From contig MGJB01000018.1 of NCBI GenBank assembly GCA_001794055.1, positions 1-49,304 of the forward strand: a stretch of DNA of 49,304 nt, read 5' to 3'. Numbering within the stretch: position 1 is the first letter of the stretch; each line of letters opens with the position of its first letter. The position numbers and the translations under genes are program-made. The notes under the pieces were generated by a model, which was not told where the DNA came from, made no database searches, and worked only from the letters and a program-made list of their open reading frames with translations. Positions 8,936-18,221 of this stretch are shown here, piece by piece. This DNA comes from Candidatus Yanofskybacteria bacterium RIFCSPHIGHO2_01_FULL_41_26 (GTDB lineage Bacteria; Patescibacteriota; Minisyncoccia; 2-02-FULL-40-12; GWA2-44-9).

Positions 8936-9800
8936 ATTTATTTTTATAAAAATTAGCAACTCCCATCAATATTGCTTTTGATTTTTCTTTGTTTCTATTA
9001 ATTACTAATTTACCCAGTTGCTTAATTATTATTACCCAGCTCCACGGATAGACAGCCAGTTTAATATACCACGGTCCATTTTTCAAATTAAAATACAGGG
9101 CATTGCGGTAATGATATCTCAAAAGCATCGGTGAGCCCAATTTTTTAGCTGAAGCAGAAACGGAGTGAGAGATTTTGATTTCGGGGAAGAAAGATACCGG
9201 AACCATTGCCTTTCTGGCTCTTTGACAAAAATCAGCATCTTCAAAATATAAAAAATAATTTTCGTTTAGAAATCCAATTTTATCAAAAACATTCTTATGT
9301 ATTGCCATCGCCCCCCCGATGACATATAAGTTATCCACAGATTTTATGTTACCGACTTGCGAAGTCGGTAAGTGGATAAGTGTCGGTTTTAACCACTGGA
9401 TCAAGCCGGCAAAAACGGTCCTGTTCCCCTCATCTAAAGCTAGGCCAATAATCCCATCCTTGCCTTCCAAAATGGCCTTTAGACGTCCTGTAAACGTGTC
9501 TTCGGCCCAAGTATCATTATTAAGTAAAAGCACCCAATCCGTCCCTCCACCGGCTGGCGGATCGAGGGCCTTTTTGATGCCTATGTTATTGCCACCGGAG
9601 AAACCAAGATTTCGGTCATTCTTAATGTAACTTATATTAGTTTCTGTGGTTTGGTAAGTCATCAGTTTTTCTACATCATCAGAGTTATTATCTACTACAA
9701 TAATTTCAAAATCCTTGTCGGCTTGGTTTTTTAGTGATTCCAACAGTTTTATCGTGTTTTCTGAGCCGTTGTAATTGATTGTAATTATAGTTAATTTCAC
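8922..9800 (-). CDS. glycosyltransferase family 2
   Basis: MKLTIITINYNGSENT...IIVVDNNSDD and LLLNNDTW (DxD region). Contains two in-frame palindromic segments (see findings). Confidence 0.8.
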   Translation of the reverse strand: MKLTIITINYNGSENTIKLLESLKNQADKDFEIIVVDNNSDDVEKLMTYQTTETNISYIKNDRNLGFSGGNNIGIKKALDPPAGGGTDWVLLLNNDTWAEDTFTGRLKAILEGKDGIIGLALDEGNRTVFAGLIQWLKPTLIHLPTSQVGNIKSVDNLYVIGGAMAIHKNVFDKIGFLNENYFLYFEDADFCQRARKAMVPVSFFPEIKISHSVSASAKKLGSPMLLRYHYRNALYFNLKNGPWYIKLAVYPWSWVIIIKQLGKLVINRNKEKSKAILMGVANFYKNKYGRI

Positions 9801-9831
9801 TACTTGATTCTATTCAAAAATGGCGTTTTTT

Positions 9832-9860
9832 GCAATAAAAAACCCGCAAGTAGGTTGCGG
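9832..9860 (-). terminator. rho-independent terminator (read on the minus strand)
   Basis: On the minus strand: ccgcaa-cctac-ttgcgg followed by gttttttatt. Confidence 0.55.
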
Positions 9861-10014
9861 ATGTAATCTAATAGTTAGGAGGACTAATTTTTTGGAGTTT
9901 AAGACGGTCTTGGATTAGCTTCTCATGAAATTCTTGTTGGTGTTTAATAGAGTTCATCCAACCTATTTTTTCTTCCTTAGTTTGTACCCATACACCAGCA
10001 GAAGTGTTGCGAAG

Positions 10015-11091
10015 CTATTGACCGCTATTCGTCAATTGAATTACTTCTGTCCTAAACCTTTCTCTTGAAAATTTTTCGGCCCATTTTTGAATGATAAGCG
10101 GGCTGTAATTAAGATAGTTTTCGTTTAATCGGCGGATGCCGTCAGCAAGGGCCTCCGGTATCGGATCATCAAAGAATTCTCCTGTCACACCTTCAACCAT
10201 TGTTTCCAGAGCCCCCCCTTTTTGGAGAGCTAAAACCGGTTTACCAAAACTCATTGCCTCAAGGGGCGTAAGACCAAAATCTTCTTCCTGGGGCATGATG
10301 AATGCCTTGCAGTTTCGGTAATATTCAACAATCTCGTCATCTGTTTTAAATCCGAGAATTTTTATATTTTTACTGGCTATTTTTTTCAGATCTTTTTTAG
10401 CCGGTCCATCTCCTATAACAATGAGTTCATATCCTAGTTTATTAAAAGCATCTATTGCCACGTCAATATTTTTGTGAGGAAAAAGCCGACTAACTATTAA
10501 GTAGAAGGGGCTGAGCGGTAGTCTTGGAGCCACCGGTCCCATCGCATTTAATACTGTTGGCGGATATATTAATCTAGATTCTTTGCCATAATACTTTTTA
10601 ATTCTTGCCTGAACAGTTTTGGAGATAGCCACGAATTCATCTACCCTATCGGAGGCTTGTCGGTCCCAGATTCTTAATAAATGACGGGACAGTCCTGCCA
10701 ATCTTCCTTGATTGCTGTTTTCTGAATGTCTATCCCACAAGAATCTAGTCGGACTGTAGCAATAGCAGATATGTTTTGTTTTGGGTTTTAACACCAACCC
10801 CTTTGCAAATATAACAGATGAGGATATGACGATATCAAAGTTGGACAGATCAAAGGATTCAACTGCTGAAGGCATTAAAAAAAATAAGTATTTATAGAGT
10901 TTTGTTATGAATGGAATTTTCTGAAGAGAACTGATTCTGATTTCGGCTTCGGGCAGAAATTCCCGAACAAATTTTTTATTATAAAAAAGGACATATATCG
11001 GTGCCGTTGGAAAAATCTTATGAAGTTCTATCAACACACGCTCGGCTCCTCCCAAATTATTTAGCCAATCGTGGACTAGAGCGATTTTCAT
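10015..11091 (-). CDS. glycosyltransferase family 4 (GT-B fold)
   Basis: MKIALVHDWLNNLGGAERVL N-terminus and EEDFGLTPLEAMSFGKPVLAL (E-x7-E). Confidence 0.8.
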   Translation of the reverse strand: MKIALVHDWLNNLGGAERVLIELHKIFPTAPIYVLFYNKKFVREFLPEAEIRISSLQKIPFITKLYKYLFFLMPSAVESFDLSNFDIVISSSVIFAKGLVLKPKTKHICYCYSPTRFLWDRHSENSNQGRLAGLSRHLLRIWDRQASDRVDEFVAISKTVQARIKKYYGKESRLIYPPTVLNAMGPVAPRLPLSPFYLIVSRLFPHKNIDVAIDAFNKLGYELIVIGDGPAKKDLKKIASKNIKILGFKTDDEIVEYYRNCKAFIMPQEEDFGLTPLEAMSFGKPVLALQKGGALETMVEGVTGEFFDDPIPEALADGIRRLNENYLNYSPLIIQKWAEKFSRERFRTEVIQLTNSGQ

Positions 11092-11473
11092 ATGTAAATG
11101 GAACGGGTTCGTAATTATTTATATATCATTTTGGTAGAAAATTATACTTGACACATATTTTTTTGGACATGAAATACAAACGAGTATTCGGTTTCAATCT
11201 TTATAAAGATAAACAACTAATAGCTACAGAGGTGGAGCTACGGGTGTCGTAGGCGGCGCTGTGTCAGCGTAAGCTAATCCCCATACGGAGAAGCAACACA
11301 CAATGCTTCATCCCCGTGTGGGGTTTTTCTATTTTCTAATACCGAGGAGCAAAACCCCATCCCCATTTAAGGCCGTTTGGTTCCTGCGGAAAACACAATG
11401 GTTAAATTAACCGATAATTTGCTTATTAAACAAATTTAGGCCGGAAATGGTGGTGGGGTGAGCATACTTACTC

Positions 11474-12475
11474 CTATCTCTTTGCCAACACATTTCTTTT
11501 ATACACATCCAAATTTTCAAGGACGATGCCGGTGCCGCGAGCAACGCAGAAAAGCGGGTCGTCGGCGATTTGAGCCGGAACGCCGGTTACTTTGGTGATA
11601 AGCTTGTCTATGTTTTTTAGTAAAGCTCCACCTCCGGTAATATGAATGCCTTTATCCATAATGTCCGAACATAGTTCCGGAGGTGTTACTTCGAGAACAC
11701 TTTTAATAATTTGGATTATTTCCCGGAGCTGTTCGGTAATGGCCTCGGTAATTTCGTTGGTGGTTATTTCTATTGTTTTTGGATAGCCAGTAGCAAGATC
11801 TCTGCCCCTGATGTTTATTTTTTCTTCTTCGGGTATTTTTACCGCGCTGCCGATGGAAATTTTAAGAAGTTCGGCGGTCCTTTCCCCTATTGCCAGGCCG
11901 TGTTTCTTTTTTATGTATTCAACAATTGCCTGATCTAGTTTATTTCCGCCGATGCGAACGGATTTCCAGGTTACGATACCGCCAAGAGAAATGACAGCTA
12001 TTTCAGTAGTACCTCCTCCGATGTTCAAGATCATATTTCCAGCAGGATTATTTATAGGTATCTTGGCTCCGATAGCGGCAAGCACCGGTTCTTTAACTAA
12101 ATAAACCGCTTTTGCTCCAGCATTGAGCGCCGCCTCGATAACAGCTCTTTTTTCGGTGGAATTGATTCCCGCCGGAACCGATATCAAAACCTCCGGCTTA
12201 ACAAAACTCAAAAAACCGCCTGCTTTCTTTATGAAATAACGGAGCATTGCTCCAGTAACGCGGTAATCGGCAATAGCGCCGTCAATCAATGGTTTTGAAA
12301 CAACAATACTGTCCGGCGTTCTGCCGATCATTTCTTTGGCGAGATTTCCCACGGACATTATTTTATTATCTAAAATTGAAATGGCTACAACGGAGGGCTC
12401 GTTAATGATAATCCCTTTTTTGGGTATGAATACCACCGTATTTGTTGTGCCGAGATCAATTCCAATTTTCTTCAT
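11474..12475 (-). CDS. mreB: rod shape-determining actin homologue MreB
   Basis: IGIDLGTTNTVVF, NIGGGTTEIAVISLGG, GIHITGGGALL; full-length actin/MreB phosphate and adenosine motifs. Confidence 0.9.
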   Translation of the reverse strand: MKKIGIDLGTTNTVVFIPKKGIIINEPSVVAISILDNKIMSVGNLAKEMIGRTPDSIVVSKPLIDGAIADYRVTGAMLRYFIKKAGGFLSFVKPEVLISVPAGINSTEKRAVIEAALNAGAKAVYLVKEPVLAAIGAKIPINNPAGNMILNIGGGTTEIAVISLGGIVTWKSVRIGGNKLDQAIVEYIKKKHGLAIGERTAELLKISIGSAVKIPEEEKINIRGRDLATGYPKTIEITTNEITEAITEQLREIIQIIKSVLEVTPPELCSDIMDKGIHITGGGALLKNIDKLITKVTGVPAQIADDPLFCVARGTGIVLENLDVYKRNVLAKR

Positions 12476-12484
12476 TTATAATAT

Positions 12485-13732
12485 TTAAATTCTTTTTATC
12501 TCTGCCCCTATTTTTCTTAAGCGTTCTTCTATTTTTTCGTAGCCTCTGTCAATCTGATATACGTTGTTTAGGGTTGATTTGCCTTTTGCAACCAGCGCAG
12601 CGATAAGGTATGCCATTCCTGCTCGTAAATCCGGACTCTCGATTTCTCTGGCCCTAAGTTTTGTTGGTCCTTTTATGGAGATTCTGTGGGGGTCGTGCAT
12701 TAAAACGTCCGCTCCCATTCTTTTCAATTCGTCAAGCCAAAAAAGGCGGCTTTCAAATATGGTTTCGTGAACCAACCCCTGTCCCTCTGCTTGAGTTAAT
12801 AGCACACAAACAGGCGCCTGTAAATCAGTCGGAAAGCCGGGATATTCATGGGTCTTGACGTCCACTGTTTTTAACCGAGAAGGGATAATCTCCACGCTGT
12901 CGCTGCTTATCTTTAAACAAACTCCGGCACTTTTCAGCACAATCCACAAGGAATCTAAGTGTTCCGGTTCGCAATTTTTTATTAAAATATTGCTTTTTGT
13001 AGCTGCCGCTAAAATAGCGAATGTTCCGGCTTCTATTCTATCCGGTATTGTTTTATATTCTGCGCCCTTTAAACTTTCAACTCCTTCAATTATAACGAAA
13101 GGAGTGCCTGCTCCTCGAATTTTTGCTCCGCATGAATTTAAGAAATTGGCCAAACTTTCTATTTCCGGTTCACAGGCGCAGTTTTTTAAAACGGTTTTTC
13201 CTTTAGCAAGAGAGGAGGCCATGAGCATGGCTTCGGTTCCAGTAACGCTTATATTACTGAATACAAATTTGGCCCCTCTTAATTTCCCGCTGATGTTATA
13301 AAGATTGTTGCGATAATTTATTTTTGCTCCCAATGCTTTGTAACCATCCAGAAACACATTTATCGGCCTTTCGCCTATGACACATCCGCCCGGGTGGGGA
13401 AATTTTACATTTCCAGTACGAGCGAGAACTGAAGATGTAAGTACGATTGAGGCTCGGAGTTTTTTAGCTATATAAGGATTTATGACTGAGGTTTTTATTT
13501 TGGCGGCAGTTATCTGGTATTCTCCTTTTTTAGGATGAATTACTTCAACCCCTAAATCTTTCAGCAGTTCGGATATCCTAGTGATGTCTTCTACTTCGGG
13601 AACATTTTTTATTTTAACCGTTTCGGGCGTGAGAATAGAAGCTGCAAAAATTTTAAGAGCAGCATTCTTTGCTCCCTTGACTTCTATTGTTCCTCTTAAT
13701 TTTTTCCCGCCGTTTATTACGAATTTATCCAT
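12485..13732 (-). CDS. murA: UDP-N-acetylglucosamine 1-carboxyvinyltransferase
   Basis: MDKFVINGGKKLRGTIEVKGAKNAALK and active-site HPGGCVIGERPIN. Start trimmed to the ATG at 13732, because the longer ORF reads into a hairpin-repeat region. Confidence 0.9.
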   Translation of the reverse strand: MDKFVINGGKKLRGTIEVKGAKNAALKIFAASILTPETVKIKNVPEVEDITRISELLKDLGVEVIHPKKGEYQITAAKIKTSVINPYIAKKLRASIVLTSSVLARTGNVKFPHPGGCVIGERPINVFLDGYKALGAKINYRNNLYNISGKLRGAKFVFSNISVTGTEAMLMASSLAKGKTVLKNCACEPEIESLANFLNSCGAKIRGAGTPFVIIEGVESLKGAEYKTIPDRIEAGTFAILAAATKSNILIKNCEPEHLDSLWIVLKSAGVCLKISSDSVEIIPSRLKTVDVKTHEYPGFPTDLQAPVCVLLTQAEGQGLVHETIFESRLFWLDELKRMGADVLMHDPHRISIKGPTKLRAREIESPDLRAGMAYLIAALVAKGKSTLNNVYQIDRGYEKIEERLRKIGAEIKRI

Positions 13733-13760
13733 GGGTGATTTAAATTTATAGGTATTTTGT

Positions 13761-14067
13761 GATAAAATCAAGGTCAGATAGTTAAGCAATTTTATCTTTT
13801 TAGCGGAGTGTATTTTAGCCAAATTTGCGACGCGAGTCTGAAGATGTAGATGATTCTACTTCAAGGACGAGCAACAAAGAATTTGGCTAAAATACACCCG
13901 CCTTCAGAGGAAGTCAAAGAAAAGACCGAGTTCTTTGTCTCTCCTTCTCAATATAGAATAACTATATTTTCGTCGCCTGCCTGCCGGCAGGCAGGTCGTT
14001 TCTCGAACCCGGTCTTTTCTTTAGTTTCTAAAATGATAAAATTGCTTAACCATCTGACCATTATCAG
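13761..14067. repeat. ~300-nt nested inverted-repeat element (MITE-like, or a large structured RNA)
   Basis: The outer arms 13761-13796 and 14035-14065 are reverse complements (gttaagcaattttatc / gataaaattgcttaac...atctgacc). Inner hairpin A is 13806-13825 / 13880-13899 (19 of 20 bases). Inner hairpin B is 13916-13933 / 14005-14022 and encloses a perfect 20-nt palindrome, cctgcctgccggcaggcagg (13976-13995). Confidence 0.65.
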
Positions 14068-14084
14068 ATCCTAACGCAAAAGAC

Positions 14085-14909
14085 ATGACCAAAACAATAA
14101 AAAGGTGGTTATTTTATTCGGCAGCGGTTGTTTTTGCTGTGTTAAGTTTTGTAGTGATTCTCTACGCCCAAGGGTATAAATATAGTTTTTCCGAAGCTAA
14201 ATTTTTTAAAACTGGATCTATTTTTGTTAAATCAAATGAAAGCGCTGATGTGTATCTGAATGATAAATTTTTAAATTCAACCTCTTTCTTCGGCAACTCA
14301 TATACGATAAGTGGGCTTTTGCCTGGACAATATACGATTCGTGTGCAAAAAGATAATTTCAGTTCTTGGCAAAAAAAGGCAATTGTAGAGGAAGGTTTGG
14401 TGAATGATTTTTCCAGGATTTTTCTTTTACCTAAATCAGGAGAAGCAAAAGATAACTTCAAAGCAGAAATAAAAGGCCTTCTTTACCCCACACTCAAAAC
14501 GACACCGACCCCATTAATTAAACCTACGCCGAAACCGTCGCCTTCCAAAATTCCAACCCCTTCGCCCGTTTCAGCAGAGCCGTTTTATGTCAAGAACGGT
14601 GTCTTATTCAAAAATATGGAAAACGGCGAAACCGAGCGTTTGGCATATTTTGTTGCCGGATTTGCCATATCGCCGGATGGCAAGAAAATTACCTGGTGGA
14701 ATGCTAATGAATTATGGGTAATGTGGATTTCGGATATGAATTATCAGCCGTATCGTAAGGCCGGAGACAAGGATTTAATAACAACATTTTCAGTCAAGAT
14801 TAAAAAGGCTGCCTGGTTCAGAGGCAATGACCATATTGTCGTGGATTCCGGCGGATATAAAGTGGCAGAAATAGACAAGCGGGGCGGATTGAATATTATA
14901 GAAATTTAA
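14085..14909 (+). CDS. membrane-anchored PEGA-domain-like protein with Pro-rich linker
   Basis: N-terminal TM segment. ADVYLNDKFLNST...GLLPGQYTIRVQKDNFSSWQK resembles a PEGA domain. Linker TPTPLIKPTPKPSPSKIPTPSP. Confidence 0.6.
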   Translation: MTKTIKRWLFYSAAVVFAVLSFVVILYAQGYKYSFSEAKFFKTGSIFVKSNESADVYLNDKFLNSTSFFGNSYTISGLLPGQYTIRVQKDNFSSWQKKAIVEEGLVNDFSRIFLLPKSGEAKDNFKAEIKGLLYPTLKTTPTPLIKPTPKPSPSKIPTPSPVSAEPFYVKNGVLFKNMENGETERLAYFVAGFAISPDGKKITWWNANELWVMWISDMNYQPYRKAGDKDLITTFSVKIKKAAWFRGNDHIVVDSGGYKVAEIDKRGGLNIIEI

Positions 14910-14926
14910 GATTTATAGATTTTAGT

Positions 14927-15478
14927 TTACCTCTTGCTAAACTGTCCCATCTTTCTGGCTTTCTTATGGCCATATTTGCGTCGTTCTTTGATACGAGAAT
15001 CGCGGGTTAAGAACCCGGATTTTTTGAGTTTCTTTCGGAAGTTGAGGTCAAATTCTACCAAGGCCTTGGCGATGCCGTGCTTTATGGCATCGGCCTGACC
15101 CCTTGAACCTCCGCCATGGACTATGACAGTTGCTTTGAAGCGATTTAATGATTTTAGTTTTCTTAATGGCGATTCAACAATGTTCCAAAGGTTAGTATCA
15201 GAGAAGTAGCTTCTATAGTCCTTACCGTTTACGGTGACGAGAGCTTTCTCTTCTTCCACGGTATCGGTAGACTTTTTGGTGTATAAACGGATTCTGGCGA
15301 TGGACTCTTTTCTTCGTCCGATTGCCTGAAAATATTTTTCCTTGCCGTTTCCATTGGCAGGAGCTTCTTGGATAACCAAAACCTCCTCGACTGCTTCGGG
15401 TTTGGGTTTGGCTACCGCCTTATGTTTTACCGCTTTCTTTACCGAGGTTTTTTTTGTTTGGGCCTTTTTTACTGGCAT
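14927..15478 (-). CDS. rpsI: 30S ribosomal protein S9 with Lys/Ala-rich N-terminal extension
   Basis: C-terminus ...GGGSRGQADAIKHGIAKAL...RDSRIKERRKYGHKKARKMGQFSKR; about 50 extra N-terminal residues. Confidence 0.9.
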   Translation of the reverse strand: MPVKKAQTKKTSVKKAVKHKAVAKPKPEAVEEVLVIQEAPANGNGKEKYFQAIGRRKESIARIRLYTKKSTDTVEEEKALVTVNGKDYRSYFSDTNLWNIVESPLRKLKSLNRFKATVIVHGGGSRGQADAIKHGIAKALVEFDLNFRKKLKKSGFLTRDSRIKERRKYGHKKARKMGQFSKR

Positions 15479-15479
15479 T

Positions 15480-15857
<378 letters not shown>

Positions 15858-15886
15858 TACAACTATCTACCCTCCATATTCTACCC

Positions 15887-16234
15887 TCATTTTGTAAATT
15901 CTATGATAACCATCGGTGCACTATCTGATCTTCTCTGGCCGAGTTTTATGATCCTGGTATATCCGCCCTTTCTTGATTCAAATCGAGGAACCACATCAGT
16001 CATTAGTTTTTTTACAGCCTTTCCCCCTATTTGACCCAAAAGCAATCTTCTTGCGGCGAGAGTTTGTTTCTTGGCTGAGGTGATCAATTTGTCTATGTAG
16101 CCGGATAATGATTTGGCTTTGGCTTCGGTCGTTTTTATCTTGCCGTGTTCTATCAATGCTGTCGCCAACGCTCGGTAAAGCACTTTTCTTTGTCCCATTT
16201 TTCTTCCGAATTTTCTCTGTTTACCTCGTCGCAT
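15887..16234 (-). CDS. rplQ: 50S ribosomal protein L17
   Basis: MRRGKQRKFGRKMGQRKVLYRALATALIEHGKIKTTEAKAK...; follows rpoA. Confidence 0.9.
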   Translation of the reverse strand: MRRGKQRKFGRKMGQRKVLYRALATALIEHGKIKTTEAKAKSLSGYIDKLITSAKKQTLAARRLLLGQIGGKAVKKLMTDVVPRFESRKGGYTRIIKLGQRRSDSAPMVIIEFTK

Positions 16235-16243
16235 GTTTGTAAA

Positions 16244-16987
16244 TTATTTGGACTTTTTCTTGGAAGTTGTTTTGGTTTTCTTGGACCTTGCGGCAACCTT
16301 TTCTTCTAACTTAATGTCCGAAACCAACTTGAAATGGTCAACAAGGATTTCCGAAGCTTTCTTTAATGCTTCTTCCGGTTCAATGGAACCGTCGGTTTCT
16401 ATTTCCATTGTGATCTTATTGAAGTCAATTCTTTGACCCACACGGACATTCTCTATTTTGAAGTTTACAACTTTAACAGGCGAGAAAATAGCGTCGACAG
16501 CTATAACTCCAATGGCAAGTTTTTCTTTCTGCCTTTGTTCAACCGGCACATAACCAATGCCTTTTTCTATCTCAAGTTCCATGTTGAGGCCCATTTTTTT
16601 GTCGGTGATTGTGGCAATGTGCTGATCTTCATTTATCACCTTAACATCCGAAGTAAGTTTAATATCAGCAGCTGTTACAGTTCTCTCGCCTTTGACATCT
16701 AAAGTAAGTTTGACCGGACCGTCACTATGCAGTTTTAATCTTATTTTCTTTATGTTCAAAATTACTTCAATAACATCCTCCAAAACTCCGGGGATGCTTG
16801 AGAATTCATGATCAACTCCTTTTATCTTGACAGAAGTGACAGCGGCTCCCTCTAAAGATGACAACAAGACTCTTCTTAGTGGATTTGCTATCGTGGCTCC
16901 ATAGCCTGGCATTAAAGGAGATATTTCAAATGTAGTTTTTGATCCCTCCCTCGACAATACCTTAACTTGTTCTGGTATTTGTAACAT
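16244..16987 (-). CDS. rpoA: DNA-directed RNA polymerase alpha subunit, N-terminal domain only (247 aa)
   Basis: GYGATIANPLRRVLLSSLEGAAVTSVKIKGVDHEFSSIPGVLEDV. Ends in a short Lys-rich tail, with rplQ starting 9 nt downstream. Confidence 0.85.
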   Translation of the reverse strand: MLQIPEQVKVLSREGSKTTFEISPLMPGYGATIANPLRRVLLSSLEGAAVTSVKIKGVDHEFSSIPGVLEDVIEVILNIKKIRLKLHSDGPVKLTLDVKGERTVTAADIKLTSDVKVINEDQHIATITDKKMGLNMELEIEKGIGYVPVEQRQKEKLAIGVIAVDAIFSPVKVVNFKIENVRVGQRIDFNKITMEIETDGSIEPEEALKKASEILVDHFKLVSDIKLEEKVAARSKKTKTTSKKKSK

Positions 16988-17057
16988 GAATGTCGTTTAG
17001 GGCTTATGGACTTTGGACTATAGCCATTGTCTATAGTCAATTAGCCATTAGCTCTTA

Positions 17058-17693
17058 TTATCTACTGTAAAACTCAATTATTGCCTGCAGGTCCCCGACA
17101 TTTATTCCGCTTTCCTGAATCGTGGGCAAGCCCTTTATCTTTGCTGTCATCTTTTCTTTATCCAGCATAATCCAGGCGGGTGGATCATATTTTTTCAGCC
17201 ATATCGGCATAAAAGTCGTGAAAAACTGGCTTTTCAAGCTTCCTTCTCTTATCTTGAGATTGTCGCCTATTTTCACTTCAAACGAAGGAATTGTGACTTT
17301 TTTACCGTTTACCAAAATGTGTCCATGACCAACAAGCTGTCTTGCCTGATCTCTTGATTGGCCGAATCCCATCCGAAAGACGACGTTATCCAATCTGTTC
17401 TCGAGTTTCTTAATTATAAATTCGTAGGGTTCTTTTTTTGAATTTATTGATTTTTTAATGTAATTTTTAAACTGCTTTTCTAATAGTCGGTAGGTATTTT
17501 TTACTTTTTGTTTTGATTTCAATTGTTGGGCGAATTCAGATGCTTTTCTGGAACCTTTTTGGCCATGCATACCAGGCGGGTATGGCTTTTTGGTCATGGC
17601 TGATTTCTGAGAGTATGATCTCTCGCCTTTTAGGTAAAGTTTTTCGCCTAACCTTCGCTCTATTTTTTCTCTTGGTCCTGTGTATCTGGCCAT
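17058..17693 (-). CDS. rpsD: 30S ribosomal protein S4
   Basis: MARYTGPREKIERRLGEKLYLKGERS... and an S4 RNA-binding domain (RLDNVVFRMGF...ARQLVGHGHILVNGKKV). Confidence 0.9.
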   Translation of the reverse strand: MARYTGPREKIERRLGEKLYLKGERSYSQKSAMTKKPYPPGMHGQKGSRKASEFAQQLKSKQKVKNTYRLLEKQFKNYIKKSINSKKEPYEFIIKKLENRLDNVVFRMGFGQSRDQARQLVGHGHILVNGKKVTIPSFEVKIGDNLKIREGSLKSQFFTTFMPIWLKKYDPPAWIMLDKEKMTAKIKGLPTIQESGINVGDLQAIIEFYSR

Positions 17694-17735
17694 AATTGAA
17701 AATATATCGATATATCGAAATTTCGAAATATCGTG

Positions 17736-18173
17736 TTATACGCGTCGGGGTTTGGATCTGCGTACGCCATTGTGAGCAATGGGGGTCTTGTCTTGTATTG
17801 CAGTAAGATTTAAACCAGTTCCGGCTAATCCTCGAATGGCCGATTCTCGACCCGGTCCTATACCCTTAACAATTACTCGGATGTTCATTAAATTGTATTT
17901 CTTTACTTTTTCAAAAACGTCCTTGGCTACCATGTTGGCGGCATAAGGAGTTGATTTTCTTGCTCCTTTAAATCCCAGCAAGCCCGACGAGGACCAGGCA
18001 AAAATATCACCTTTGAGGTCGCTGATGTTTATCAGTGTGTTGTTATATGAAATGTTGATATGGGCCACTCCATTTATCACCTGCTTCTTCGTAGGTTTCT
18101 TAGAAATGCTAACAGTCCCCTCTTTGGGTTTTATATCTTCTTCTGTTTTTGTAATTATTTTTTTCTGTCCCAT
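17736..18173 (-). CDS. rpsK: 30S ribosomal protein S11
   Basis: GVAHINISYNNTLINISD...GFKGARKSTPYAA...GPGRESAIRGL. Confidence 0.9.
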   Translation of the reverse strand: MGQKKIITKTEEDIKPKEGTVSISKKPTKKQVINGVAHINISYNNTLINISDLKGDIFAWSSSGLLGFKGARKSTPYAANMVAKDVFEKVKKYNLMNIRVIVKGIGPGRESAIRGLAGTGLNLTAIQDKTPIAHNGVRRSKPRRV

Positions 18174-18221
18174 GCTCAGAGTGGGCTCCCATTTAAGTCG
18201 CCCGCTATATAGTTTAACTCA

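Noticed and set aside
9866-9955. 29-codon minus-strand ORF (MNSIKHQQEFHEKLIQDRLKLQKISPPNY) between the GT4 gene and the 9832-9860 terminator
   Set aside because: It is plausible as a small protein, but its only support is position before a terminator. There is no clear RBS spacing and no conservation evidence.
11200-11300. tmRNA (ssrA), suggested by the minus-strand sequence ...cccguagcuccaccu resembling a tmRNA 3' end
   Set aside because: There is no T-arm (GGUUCGA-type loop) upstream, no matching 5' acceptor strand within 300-400 nt, and no tag reading frame. The sequence is part of a local hairpin instead.
13733-14074. N-terminal 30-aa extension of murA (start at 13822) and ORF 13850..14074
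   Set aside because: Both lie in the nested inverted-repeat element. MurA homology starts at MDKFVINGG (ATG at 13732).
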